Shown here: positions 9,455 to 18,692 of the stretch, piece after piece | How the letters are laid out: each line of letters starts with the position of its first letter | Numbering within the stretch: the first letter of the stretch is position 1 | NCBI GenBank assembly: GCA_944371995.1 | Contig: CALVYD010000004.1 | Coordinates: 11,077-75,076, forward strand | DNA: 64,000 nucleotides | Direction: 5' to 3' | Source of the DNA: an uncultured Bacilli bacterium | Lineage (GTDB): Bacteria; Bacillota_I; Bacilli_A; RF39; UBA660 | Made by a program: the position numbers and the translations under genes | Notes under the pieces: generated by a model | Database searches by the model: none | The model's input: the letters and a program-made list of their open reading frames with translations, nothing else | Told to the model about the DNA's origin: nothing

Positions 9455-10648
9455 ATGAAGAAGGTTTTATCTATTTTTTTCTGTGCTTTGAGTATTGTTA
9501 CTATTATTCCTTCTCCGGTATATGCTGAAGAGGCGAACGAATCTGAACTTATTCCTGGAGCAGTCAGTGGTGTATTGATGGAAGCTAATAGCGGGGAGAT
9601 TGTTTTTCAAAAAGAGATGGATAAAGAAGTTAGCGTTGCTTCTATGACTAAGATGGTTGCTCAAATATTAATTTTAGATGCGATAAGAGAAGAAAAAATT
9701 TCCTGGGATGATATTGTTACTGTTAGTCAGAATGCAGCAGACATGGGAGGTTCACAGATTTATTTAAGTGTTGGTGAAAAGATTAGTATTCGTGATTTAA
9801 TGAAAGGTATTTCTATGGCTAGTGCTAATGATGCTACTGTTCAGATGGCAGAAGTTATTGCAGGGAGTGAGGCTGCTTTTGTTAAGTTAATGAATGATAA
9901 AGTTAAAGAGCTGGGATTAAAACATACTGTATTTAAGAATTCTACTGGTCTTGATGAAGAAGGCCATTACTCTAGTGCTTATGATATGGCGATGATTGCT
10001 AGAGAACTTGTAGTTAATTATCCTGAAATTTTAGAGTTTTCTTCTGTCTATGAAGATTATTTGCGAGAAGATACTGAAAATAAGTTCTGGCTTGTTAATA
10101 CTAATAAATTAGTACGTTTTTATGAAGGTGCTGATGGTTTAAAGACCGGTCATACTGATGCGGCTAAATATTGTTTGGCTGCTACTGCTAAGAAAGATAA
10201 TCTTCGTTTTATTGCTATTGTTTTAGGAGAAGAAGATAGTAAGGTTAGAAATCAAGAAGTTATGAATTTACTTGATTATGGTTTTAATCATTATCAAATG
10301 AACTTGATTAAATCTAAAGATGAGGTTTTAAAAACTGTTCCTATTGATAAAGCTACTAAATCAGAACTTTCCTTAGTACCAGTTCACGATATTGGAGTAT
10401 TGTCTAAGAAATCTAGTAGTTCTGTAAAATATACATATGAAGTAAAATTACATTCTTTTCAGTTTCCGATAAAAAAAGGTGATGTTGTTGGAAAAGTAAT
10501 TGTTAAAGATAAAGAAAATGATAAAAATATTACTACTGTTGATTTGACAGTTTTGGAAGATGTTGATTCGCTTTCTTATTTGCAACTATTTTATAAAGGA
10601 TTTAAAGACTTATTTTCTGGTAATTATACCTTTTCATTTACTAAGTAA
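9455..10648 (+). CDS. dacF: S11 D-Ala-D-Ala carboxypeptidase, DacF-like
   Basis: SMTK (SxxK), SAN and KTG motifs; signal peptide; FWLVNTNKLVRFYEGADGLKTG. Confidence 0.8.
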   Translation: MKKVLSIFFCALSIVTIIPSPVYAEEANESELIPGAVSGVLMEANSGEIVFQKEMDKEVSVASMTKMVAQILILDAIREEKISWDDIVTVSQNAADMGGSQIYLSVGEKISIRDLMKGISMASANDATVQMAEVIAGSEAAFVKLMNDKVKELGLKHTVFKNSTGLDEEGHYSSAYDMAMIARELVVNYPEILEFSSVYEDYLREDTENKFWLVNTNKLVRFYEGADGLKTGHTDAAKYCLAATAKKDNLRFIAIVLGEEDSKVRNQEVMNLLDYGFNHYQMNLIKSKDEVLKTVPIDKATKSELSLVPVHDIGVLSKKSSSSVKYTYEVKLHSFQFPIKKGDVVGKVIVKDKENDKNITTVDLTVLEDVDSLSYLQLFYKGFKDLFSGNYTFSFTK

Positions 10649-10751
10649 GTTTGATTGACTATTGTTAGTAAAGTGTGTATAATTTCTATAGGATAATATA
10701 AGGTTTTATACCTTTTTCTTTTTTGTTATCTTATAGAAAGAGGGAAGTTTT

Positions 10752-11708
10752 ATGGATAATGATAAGCAAAAAAAAGTAAGTAATCGTAGAAGTAATTATA
10801 AATATTCTAATAAAAATTATCAACAGACTAATCATCAGAGAAGAAATTCTTATTATCAAAATACTAATAAAAGACGTTCTTCTAGTCAACATTCTTCTAA
10901 TTTAGAATCTGATGAGATGAAATTTTCTGATGAATTAGATACTAGTTTTGTTGAGAAGAGAAGAGTAAATAAAGATAAGATTATTCGTGATTTGGATAAT
11001 TCTTATCAGAAAGAAAATAAGCCTAAAAAAGGTAGTATTAAGATTATTTTGCATCTTTTACTTATTATATTATTATTAAGTATAACTGTTTTATGTACTA
11101 GTCTTTATTTTACTTATATTTCTCCTAAAGTAGTAGAAAAGGCAGTTACTAAAGAAGTTGTTGTGATGGATGATAATTATTTGTTTTTAGGGGATTCTAT
11201 TACTGATTTTTATGATTTAGATGAATATTATGAGGGATTACCTGTTGTTAATAGTGGAATTGGTGGAAATGATACTCAAGATATTTTGGATGATATGGAA
11301 AATAGAGTTTATCAATATAATCCTTCAAAAGTGTTTTTATTAATTGGAACTAATGATATTGATCATGGTGACTCTTTGGATTCTATTGTAGATAATATTG
11401 AAAAGATTCTATTAGAAATTCGTGAGAATAGACCATATTCGGAACTTTATTTAGAATCCATTTATCCTGTTATGGAAGGAGAAAAGGCTGTTAATAGTCG
11501 TACTAATGAAAAAATTATGACTATTAATGATAAATTAGAAGAGTTTTGTGAAAAAGAACAGATTACATATATCGATATGTTTGATTTATTAGTGGATTCT
11601 TCTTCTGAAAAAGTACAGATAAATCCTAAGTATACTAAGGATGGTTTGCATTTATCTGATGAAGGATATGATGTAGTTACTAATGAAGTTAAGAAGTATT
11701 TGAAGTAA
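10752..11708 (+). CDS. Membrane-anchored SGNH/GDSL hydrolase
   Basis: LGDSITD, NSGIGG, IGTND and DGLH blocks; TM helix after a low-complexity N-terminus. Confidence 0.9.
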   Translation: MDNDKQKKVSNRRSNYKYSNKNYQQTNHQRRNSYYQNTNKRRSSSQHSSNLESDEMKFSDELDTSFVEKRRVNKDKIIRDLDNSYQKENKPKKGSIKIILHLLLIILLLSITVLCTSLYFTYISPKVVEKAVTKEVVVMDDNYLFLGDSITDFYDLDEYYEGLPVVNSGIGGNDTQDILDDMENRVYQYNPSKVFLLIGTNDIDHGDSLDSIVDNIEKILLEIRENRPYSELYLESIYPVMEGEKAVNSRTNEKIMTINDKLEEFCEKEQITYIDMFDLLVDSSSEKVQINPKYTKDGLHLSDEGYDVVTNEVKKYLK

Positions 11709-11733
11709 TCTATATTTATTATTTAATGTTTTA

Positions 11734-11761
11734 TCATATTTGTTTTTTTCTTTCATATATT
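11734..11761 (+). promoter_or_regulatory. Putative mother-cell (SigE-like) promoter of spoVS
   Basis: TCATATT-13nt-CATATATT; same architecture upstream of cotE. Confidence 0.5.
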
Positions 11762-11791
11762 AATGGTATAGAAAGAGAGGAATTTATAATT

Positions 11792-12052
11792 ATGGAAACA
11801 TTAAAAGTAAGTAGTAAATCTAATCCTAACAGTGTTGCTGGAGCACTTGCTAATGTATTTCGTGAAAAAGGAAACGTAGAAATTCAAGCAGTTGGTGCAG
11901 GTGCGTTAAATCAAGCAATTAAAGCTGTTGCAATTGCAAGAGGGTTTGTAGCACCTTCTGGTAAGAATCTGGTATGTATTCCTGCCTTTCAAGATATTGC
12001 TATTGATGGCGAGGAACGTACAGCAATTAAGTTGATTATAGAGGCCAAATAG
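11792..12052 (+). CDS. spoVS: Stage V sporulation protein S
   Basis: METLKVSSKSNPNSVAGALA...QAVGAGALNQAIKAVAIARGFVAPSG. Confidence 0.95.
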   Translation: METLKVSSKSNPNSVAGALANVFREKGNVEIQAVGAGALNQAIKAVAIARGFVAPSGKNLVCIPAFQDIAIDGEERTAIKLIIEAK

Positions 12053-12109
12053 GTCTTTTTTTTTCGTTCATAACGTGATAAACTATATTATAGATAGGAG
12101 GGTGTTTTT

Positions 12110-13252
12110 ATGTTTTGTCCTCGTTGCGGCGCTCAGATGAAAAATAATCAAAGATATTGTATGAAATGTGGAGCTTTGAATTATGATCATCCCGATAATA
12201 AACGAATGAAAAATTTAATGTCTGAGGAAGAGTTTGAAAAATCTAATAAGGAGTATCAGGAAAATCTTACTAAACCGGCTGATGTAGTAGAGTTTGCTGG
12301 TCAAAAGTATGAAACTAAAACTAAAAATAAAAAATCTTATGTTGATACTAGAACTGCATTGATTTTGTTGTTAGTATTTACTGTTGCTTTAGCATTACTT
12401 TTGTATTTCTATTTTTATTTTTCTGCTCTTATGATAGTAGTTGCTTGTCTTTTTTATTTCCTTTTTGGCTTCTTTACTATTGCTTTGTCATGTGTTTATA
12501 TGAAAGGTGGATATTCGGGATTTACGCCTATTATACCTTTTTATAATAATTTTGCTTATTGTGATATGGCTGTTGGTTCTGGATGGATGTTTTTACTTTT
12601 GTTTGTTCCTATTGTCAACTTCTTTTATTCACTTTATCTTAACTATCAATTTGGTAAATCGTTTGGAAAAAGTGGATGGCTTACTGTATTTTTTCCATTT
12701 ATTATGATTCCATATATTGCTTTTAGTGATACAGCAATATATCAAGGTCAAGGGTTACAATATTCATCGTTTGTGGAAAAAGGAAAGAGAAGAAATCCTA
12801 ATATATCTGCTTTTGTTTATGCAGTTATTGTTTTTGCCTTAAGTATTAGTATTTTTATACCGGTATCTACTAGTGCAAAATATAAATTGCTTCCTCGAGA
12901 TATGGAGAAAGTTTTAGAGAAGGTACATGAAGATGTAGATTCTGGATATTATACTTGTGATAATGGAGATATTAATACTAGTCCAGGAGAGTATTATATT
13001 AAATTCTCTGATGTAAATGATTTATTAGATTTTCAACTTCTTCCTTTAAGATCACCATTTAATGGAGAAAAATTAAAGGGATATGTTAAAGTTGTATTTA
13101 CCTCTACTGAAGGTAAAGCTCACTATACTTATTCTATTACTGTTACTGATGGAAAGTTAGGTATTCGTAATGGTAAAGAAGATTCTTATTATAGTGTAAA
13201 AAAAGTTACTGATGTTTCTTTGCCAGAGGGAGCAGTTATTTGTAAAAAGTAG
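12110..13252 (+). CDS. Zinc-ribbon membrane protein with DUF5684-like segment
   Basis: N-terminal CPRC..YCMKCG; IIPFYN...FGKSFGKSG..T..FP membrane motif. Confidence 0.7.
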   Translation: MFCPRCGAQMKNNQRYCMKCGALNYDHPDNKRMKNLMSEEEFEKSNKEYQENLTKPADVVEFAGQKYETKTKNKKSYVDTRTALILLLVFTVALALLLYFYFYFSALMIVVACLFYFLFGFFTIALSCVYMKGGYSGFTPIIPFYNNFAYCDMAVGSGWMFLLLFVPIVNFFYSLYLNYQFGKSFGKSGWLTVFFPFIMIPYIAFSDTAIYQGQGLQYSSFVEKGKRRNPNISAFVYAVIVFALSISIFIPVSTSAKYKLLPRDMEKVLEKVHEDVDSGYYTCDNGDINTSPGEYYIKFSDVNDLLDFQLLPLRSPFNGEKLKGYVKVVFTSTEGKAHYTYSITVTDGKLGIRNGKEDSYYSVKKVTDVSLPEGAVICKK

Positions 13253-13261
13253 TAAAATAAG

Positions 13262-13290
13262 TTGATATTTTTCTTAAAAAGTAATATACT
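13262..13290 (+). promoter_or_regulatory. Sigma-A promoter of the T-box leader
   Basis: TTGATA-17nt-TATACT. Confidence 0.65.
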
Positions 13291-13299
13291 ATTAACAAA

Positions 13300-13487
13300 T
13301 CGATAATTAGAACTAATAATAAGAACCTTTAATGAGAGAGAAGTCGTGGTTGGTGAAAACGATATTAAAGACTTATTTATCTACTCTATAGATGAAATAT
13401 TTCCGGAGAAGTCCGTTATACTTTTAAGTGAAAAAAAGGATGGTACCGTGCTATTTGCACTCCTTGTACTGTTCTTTTTTCTTTTTT
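13300..13487 (+). ncRNA. T-box riboswitch leader (probably Ser)
   Basis: AG box GAGAGAGAAG; GGTTGGTGAA distal loop; T-box AAGGA-TGGTACC-GTGC with antiterminator pairing to GCAC/TCCTT; upstream of the serS operon. Confidence 0.85.
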
Positions 13488-13500
13488 AGGAGATGATATC

Positions 13501-14433
13501 ATGATTGATTTGCATTATGATTTGTTGTCAATTTTGTATTATTGTTATAAGAAAAATGATTTTAGTTATATAAAAACGATTCAAAAGTATTATGAAGAAA
13601 ATGTGGTTCATGGAGTGGTTGCTAATCTTTATTTTATGAGTGAAGATGAAATGAAAGAAGAGAGTGGTGATTGGTTCGAACCTGTTAATGTAGTAGAGCG
13701 ATTCCGTATTGCGACTAATTTATTTTTAAAGTTTTTTCCTGAATTAGAGGTTATTTATAGTATTGAAGGTTGCGATTATATCGAGGGACCAGAAGAGCTA
13801 GAGGAACTTTATAAGCTTGGTCTTCGTAATATTTTACTAGTATGGAATAATAAGAATCGGTATGGCTCCGGTAATCGGAGTGATTCTGGTTTGACGGATG
13901 AAGGTAGGGTATTACTTCGAAAAGCAATTGATTTAGGTATTTCTATTGATTTATCTCATATGAATCGAAATACTTTTTCAGATACTGTAAAATTATTGAA
14001 AGAAGAAAAAGCTAAGGGTAAGCAATTTAGTGTTATTGTTAGCCATTCTAATTGTTATGATTTATATCCTCATGATAGGAATTTAACTGATCAGCAGTTA
14101 TTATCGATTAAGGAGCTTTCTCCTGTTGTTGGACTTGTTTCTTACGGACCTTTTGTCTCCTCGAGTGAGGACAGAGGTGAACTTGCTAAAAGATATGTAG
14201 AACATATTGTTTATATGGTTGAATTGCTTGGTATTGATTCTGTTGGTGTTGCTACTGATGATATGAGTTTTGGACCTGTGTTATTTGGAGATAGTGAAGA
14301 TATACAAATATTTGATTATGGACAGGTTGGTAAGCAGCTTACAGCTTTATTGAAAGACACTTTTATGGAAGATGAAATTAATCAAATATTATATAAAAAT
14401 AGTTATGAAAAATTGTTTAGAAAGAAGGAATGA
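13501..14433 (+). CDS. M19 membrane/renal dipeptidase family protein
   Basis: IDLHYD, SIEG, IDLSH, VSHSN, RNLTD and VGVATD motifs. Confidence 0.85.
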   Translation: MIDLHYDLLSILYYCYKKNDFSYIKTIQKYYEENVVHGVVANLYFMSEDEMKEESGDWFEPVNVVERFRIATNLFLKFFPELEVIYSIEGCDYIEGPEELEELYKLGLRNILLVWNNKNRYGSGNRSDSGLTDEGRVLLRKAIDLGISIDLSHMNRNTFSDTVKLLKEEKAKGKQFSVIVSHSNCYDLYPHDRNLTDQQLLSIKELSPVVGLVSYGPFVSSSEDRGELAKRYVEHIVYMVELLGIDSVGVATDDMSFGPVLFGDSEDIQIFDYGQVGKQLTALLKDTFMEDEINQILYKNSYEKLFRKKE

Positions 14434-15719
14434 ATATGATAGATATTAAATTAATTAGAGAAAATAAGGATTTAGTAAAAGAGAATATTAAGAAGAAATT
14501 TCAAGATGAAAAACTTCCTTTAGTAGATGAAGTTTATGAAATGGATAAGAGAGTACGTGAAGTACAAGTTAAAGCTGATGGATTAAAAGCTGATAAAAAT
14601 AAAATGAGTAGTGAAATTGGTAAGCTTATGAAAGAGGGAAAGAAGGAAGAAGCAGAAGAAGTAAAACAAAAGATTGCTTCTATGGCAGATGAAATTAGTG
14701 CTTTAGAGGAAGAACAAGAAGAACTTTCTCGTGATATTAAGGATCGAATGATGGTAATTCCTCAAATTATGGATCCTTCTGTTCCTATTGGAAAAGATGA
14801 TAGTGAAAATGTGGAAGTACAAAGATTTGGGGATCCTGTAGTACCTGATTATGAAATACCATATCACGCTGATATTATCGAAAGACTTCATGGTATGGAT
14901 AAGGATGCTGCTGGTAGAACTAGTGGACAAGGATTTTATTATTTACTTGGGGATATTGCTCGTTTACATGAGGCAATGCTTGCTTATGCTCGTGACTTTA
15001 TGATAGATGCTGGATTTACTTATGCTATTCCACCATTTATGATTCATAGTGATGTTGTGACTGGTGTTATGTCTTTTCCTGAGATGGAAGCTATGATGTA
15101 TAAGATTGAAGGAGAAGATTTATACTTAATCGGAACCAGTGAGCATTCTATGATTGGTAAGTTTAAAGATCAAATTATTAAAGATAGTGAACTTCCTATT
15201 CATATGACAAGTTATTCTCCATGTTTCCGTAAAGAAGGTGGTTCTCATGGATTAGAAGAAAGAGGACTTTACCGCGTTCATCAGTTCGAAAAACAAGAGA
15301 TGATTGTTATTTGTGAACCAGAAGAGTCAATGGATTGGTATGAGAAGATGTGGAAGTTAACAGTTGATTTCTTTAGAAGTTTAGATATTCCAGTTAGACA
15401 ACTTGAATGTTGTAGTGGAGATTTAGCTGATTTAAAAGTAAAATCTTGTGATGTTGAAGCTTGGAGTCCAAGACAGAAAAAATATTTTGAAGTTGGTAGC
15501 TGCTCTAACTTAGGAGATGCTCAAGCTAGACGTTTAGGAATTCGTAAAAAAGGAGAAAAGGGAACATACTTCTTACATACTTTAAATAATACCGTTGTTG
15601 CAACTCCGAGAGGATTAATTGCATTAATCGAGAATAATTATCAAGAAGATGGAAGTATTAAAATTCCTAAAGCTTTGCAACCATACATGGGAGGAAAAGA
15701 AGTTATTAAAGCAGATTAA
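14430..15719 (+). CDS. serS: Serine--tRNA ligase
   Basis: MIDIKLIR N-terminal coiled coil; LIGTSE, CFRKE..GLYRVHQFEK, EVGSCSN, HTLNNT. Confidence 0.97.
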   Translation: MNMIDIKLIRENKDLVKENIKKKFQDEKLPLVDEVYEMDKRVREVQVKADGLKADKNKMSSEIGKLMKEGKKEEAEEVKQKIASMADEISALEEEQEELSRDIKDRMMVIPQIMDPSVPIGKDDSENVEVQRFGDPVVPDYEIPYHADIIERLHGMDKDAAGRTSGQGFYYLLGDIARLHEAMLAYARDFMIDAGFTYAIPPFMIHSDVVTGVMSFPEMEAMMYKIEGEDLYLIGTSEHSMIGKFKDQIIKDSELPIHMTSYSPCFRKEGGSHGLEERGLYRVHQFEKQEMIVICEPEESMDWYEKMWKLTVDFFRSLDIPVRQLECCSGDLADLKVKSCDVEAWSPRQKKYFEVGSCSNLGDAQARRLGIRKKGEKGTYFLHTLNNTVVATPRGLIALIENNYQEDGSIKIPKALQPYMGGKEVIKAD

Positions 15720-15772
15720 AGAAATAGTGTATATTTCTTTTTTCTTTGGATATCCTAGTTAATGGTGATAGA

Positions 15773-15916
15773 ATGGAAGAAGATAAAAGATGTGAAGTAG
15801 TAGGGCGTGAGTCAGCTATGAAGAATATTCATATTGATAGCAACTCTAAGGAAGGTAAATTACTTGTTGAAGTTGTGGATAAAGAGTCTACTTTACAGAG
15901 ATTAGAAGATGAATAA
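15773..15916 (+). CDS. Small 47-aa acidic hypothetical protein (not in ORF track)
   Basis: MEEDKRCEVVGRESAMKNIHIDSNSKEGKLLVEVVDKESTLQRLEDE; GGTGA RBS; fills the intergenic gap. Confidence 0.55.
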   Translation: MEEDKRCEVVGRESAMKNIHIDSNSKEGKLLVEVVDKESTLQRLEDE

Positions 15917-15955
15917 TCTTCTTTTTTTTCTTTTTAAATGATAAAATTATCTTAG

Positions 15956-16663
15956 GTGATAATGATGATTTTTGTTTGGATTTTACTTATTATCTTAGTT
16001 TTAGTGTTAGTCATTGTTATTTTAGGATATATTTTATTATATAAATTAAAGAAATTTTTAGGTGTATCTAGTATTTCTGGCTTAATAAAAGATGCTAAGA
16101 AAGAAGATGAAAGTATGCCTAAATCTTTATCTAGTTTGGATTCTTTATATTTAACGAGAATTAAAGAAGATTTTCCTAATCTTAATATTAATGAGTTAAA
16201 AAGGGAATGTGAAAAAAATATATTGGATTATTTTCGTGCTATTGAAAGTAAGGATAGTACGAGCTTTCAAAGTGATAAAATAAAGAGTAGTGTAGATAAA
16301 AAAATTCAGGAATATAAAGATAAAAATATTTCTTTTCGGTCTATTCAATTTCATAAGACTGTCGTTAGTAAATATGAGAAAAATGGTAGTGTTGCGACGA
16401 TTACTTTTGGTAGTAGTTTACAGTATGAATTATATATAGATGGTACTTTTCAAAAAAAGGTGCAAGATCGGTTCCGTATTCAATATATTTATATTATAGA
16501 TAGTTCTAAGCTTGATAAATATAGTAAAGTCATCGGAATTCGGTGTCCTAGTTGTGGTTCTGTTGCTATTGATTTTAAGACTCATCAATGTAAGTATTGC
16601 GGGACTTATATGAAAGATATTGTCAAGAGAGTTTGGTATTGTAATGATTTAGTATCGTATTAG
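15956..16663 (+). CDS. Membrane-anchored Tim44-like protein with C-terminal zinc ribbon
   Basis: N-terminal TM; IKEDFPNLNINELK; CPSCG..CKYCG. Confidence 0.6.
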   Translation: MIMMIFVWILLIILVLVLVIVILGYILLYKLKKFLGVSSISGLIKDAKKEDESMPKSLSSLDSLYLTRIKEDFPNLNINELKRECEKNILDYFRAIESKDSTSFQSDKIKSSVDKKIQEYKDKNISFRSIQFHKTVVSKYEKNGSVATITFGSSLQYELYIDGTFQKKVQDRFRIQYIYIIDSSKLDKYSKVIGIRCPSCGSVAIDFKTHQCKYCGTYMKDIVKRVWYCNDLVSY

Positions 16664-16705
16664 TATGTTTTATGATATATTATATATAATAGATAGAGGT
16701 GTTTT

Positions 16706-17761
16706 ATGGAAGCATTGGATCATAAGTGCCCTTCCTGTGGTGCGAAAATTACGTTTCATCCTAAAGAACAAAAATGGGTATGTGACTATTGTGGTAGTAA
16801 GTTTACATTAGAAGAGATGCAGAAGTATCAAAATGCTAGTAGTGAGAATGTGAATCAAAAAAAGGCTTCTAAAAAGGAAGTAAAAGTCGAAGAAGCAGAT
16901 GTTTACCGTTGCAAAAGCTGTGGTGCTGAGATTGTTGCAGATCCTAATACAACAGCGACATTTTGTGTATATTGTGGTAATACGGCAATACTCAAAGAAA
17001 GAATTCAAAATAGTAGAGTACCTGATTTAATTATTCCTTTTCAAAAAGTAAAAGAAGATGCAGTGAAAGCTTTCGAAGGTGTTGTGAAACATAAACCTCT
17101 TGTTCCGAAGGCTTTTAAGAGAAAAGAAAATATCAATAAAATTACTGGTATTTATATTCCTTTCTGGGCCTATGATTTTGATGTTTCTGGTACTGCATGT
17201 TTTAATGCGAAAGATGTTCATTCGTGGAGTGATACTTCTTTTCATTATACTAAAACTGATACTTTTATGACAGAAGTTGAAGGACATATGCATTATGATA
17301 AAGTACTGGCGGATGGTTCTTCTAGGTTTCCTGATGCTTTAATGGATTCTTTAGAACCTTTTCAGTATAAAGATTTAGTAACTTATAATCATGCTTTTTT
17401 ATCTGGCTTTTTAGCAGAAAAGTTTGATGTTGGTGAAGATAGTGCCATAGAGAGAGCCAAAGAGAGAACTATGAATACGTCTGTTTCGCTATTGCAAGAG
17501 GAGGTTCGACATCAGACTAGTATGCTTGCTAGTAATAAGCTTACGGTAAATAAGGTAGACTCTGATTATATTATGTTGCCTGTCTTTATGGTAAATATCA
17601 AATATCGTGATAAGATGTATACTTTTGCTATGAATGGGCAAACAGGTAAGATTGTTGGTGATTTACCATTAGGAAGAAAAGAAGTTATTCTTTGGACTTT
17701 ATTAGTTTTAGTTCTTTCCTCTTTAGTATTTATCTTGTTATTTATAGGAGGAATTATATGA
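16706..17761 (+). CDS. Double zinc-ribbon protein, YdjG-like
   Basis: CPSCGA..CDYCG and CKSCGA..CVYCG; YIPFW; MNGQTGK.VG..P; C-terminal TM. Confidence 0.8.
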   Translation: MEALDHKCPSCGAKITFHPKEQKWVCDYCGSKFTLEEMQKYQNASSENVNQKKASKKEVKVEEADVYRCKSCGAEIVADPNTTATFCVYCGNTAILKERIQNSRVPDLIIPFQKVKEDAVKAFEGVVKHKPLVPKAFKRKENINKITGIYIPFWAYDFDVSGTACFNAKDVHSWSDTSFHYTKTDTFMTEVEGHMHYDKVLADGSSRFPDALMDSLEPFQYKDLVTYNHAFLSGFLAEKFDVGEDSAIERAKERTMNTSVSLLQEEVRHQTSMLASNKLTVNKVDSDYIMLPVFMVNIKYRDKMYTFAMNGQTGKIVGDLPLGRKEVILWTLLVLVLSSLVFILLFIGGII

Positions 17762-18672
17762 AAAAAATTGGTTATTTGATATTTTCCTTTGGTATCTTTT
17801 TCTTATCTTTTATTTCTGTTCAGGCCAGTGTAAATACTTATACACGAACTGATTCGGATTATCTGGTACCTGATTATATTGATGTTACTGGTAGTAATCG
17901 AGATAATGTATTAAGTACTCCAGCAGTAGATGCTTCTGAAAAGGTTTATGATTTTGCTGATTTACTTACGGATAGTGAGGAGAAAAAAATATATAATCAG
18001 GTAATCGAGTATATTGATAAGACGGATTTGGATTTAGCAATTGTTACTGTGAGTGATTATGATAAAGCAATTTGTAATGGAGATTGTACTAGAACTTATG
18101 CTGATGATTTTTATGATTATAATGAATTTGGTATAGGATCGCGTCATAGTGGAGTGTTGTTTTTAGTTGATATGAAAACTAGAACAATTTATATGACTAC
18201 TACTGGTGATGCGATGGATATGTATAGTGATTATCGTATTGAGCAGATAATGGATGCTATTTATCAAGACTTTAGTAATCAAAATTATTACACAGGGATT
18301 ACAAAGTTTATGACAATCCTTGAAAATTATGATACAATAGGTGTAGCTAATAGTAAGGATAGTCATTATGAGATTTCTGATGATGGTCGTATTGTTAGGG
18401 ATATTCCTTGGCTTATTTTAATTGGAGGACCGTTGTTAATTACTGGAATCGTTATGGCTATTATGATTAGTAAAAATAAATTAGTTAGGGTTGCTACTTC
18501 GTCTAGAGAGTATTTGGATAAAAAGACTTTGGAAACTAACGTGGTTAGAGATCGATTTGTTCATACGCATACTTCGAAGACGCCTATTTATCATTCCAGT
18601 GGTAGTAGTGGTGGAGGCAGTCATTCTGGAAGTAGTGGTGTTAGCCATGGTGGTGGTGGCCATCGATTTTAA
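17758..18672 (+). CDS. TPM-domain membrane protein, YdjH-like
   Basis: VYDFADLLT..EE, YADDFYD, GVLFLVDM; C-terminal TM and Gly/Ser tail ending GGGGHRF. Confidence 0.85.
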   Translation: MKKIGYLIFSFGIFFLSFISVQASVNTYTRTDSDYLVPDYIDVTGSNRDNVLSTPAVDASEKVYDFADLLTDSEEKKIYNQVIEYIDKTDLDLAIVTVSDYDKAICNGDCTRTYADDFYDYNEFGIGSRHSGVLFLVDMKTRTIYMTTTGDAMDMYSDYRIEQIMDAIYQDFSNQNYYTGITKFMTILENYDTIGVANSKDSHYEISDDGRIVRDIPWLILIGGPLLITGIVMAIMISKNKLVRVATSSREYLDKKTLETNVVRDRFVHTHTSKTPIYHSSGSSGGGSHSGSSGVSHGGGGHRF

Positions 18673-18692
18673 ATTGAAAGAGAGGTATATTT

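Noticed and set aside
18595-18672. GGT/AGT-rich repetitive stretch
   Set aside because: Ordinary Gly/Ser tail of TPM-domain proteins
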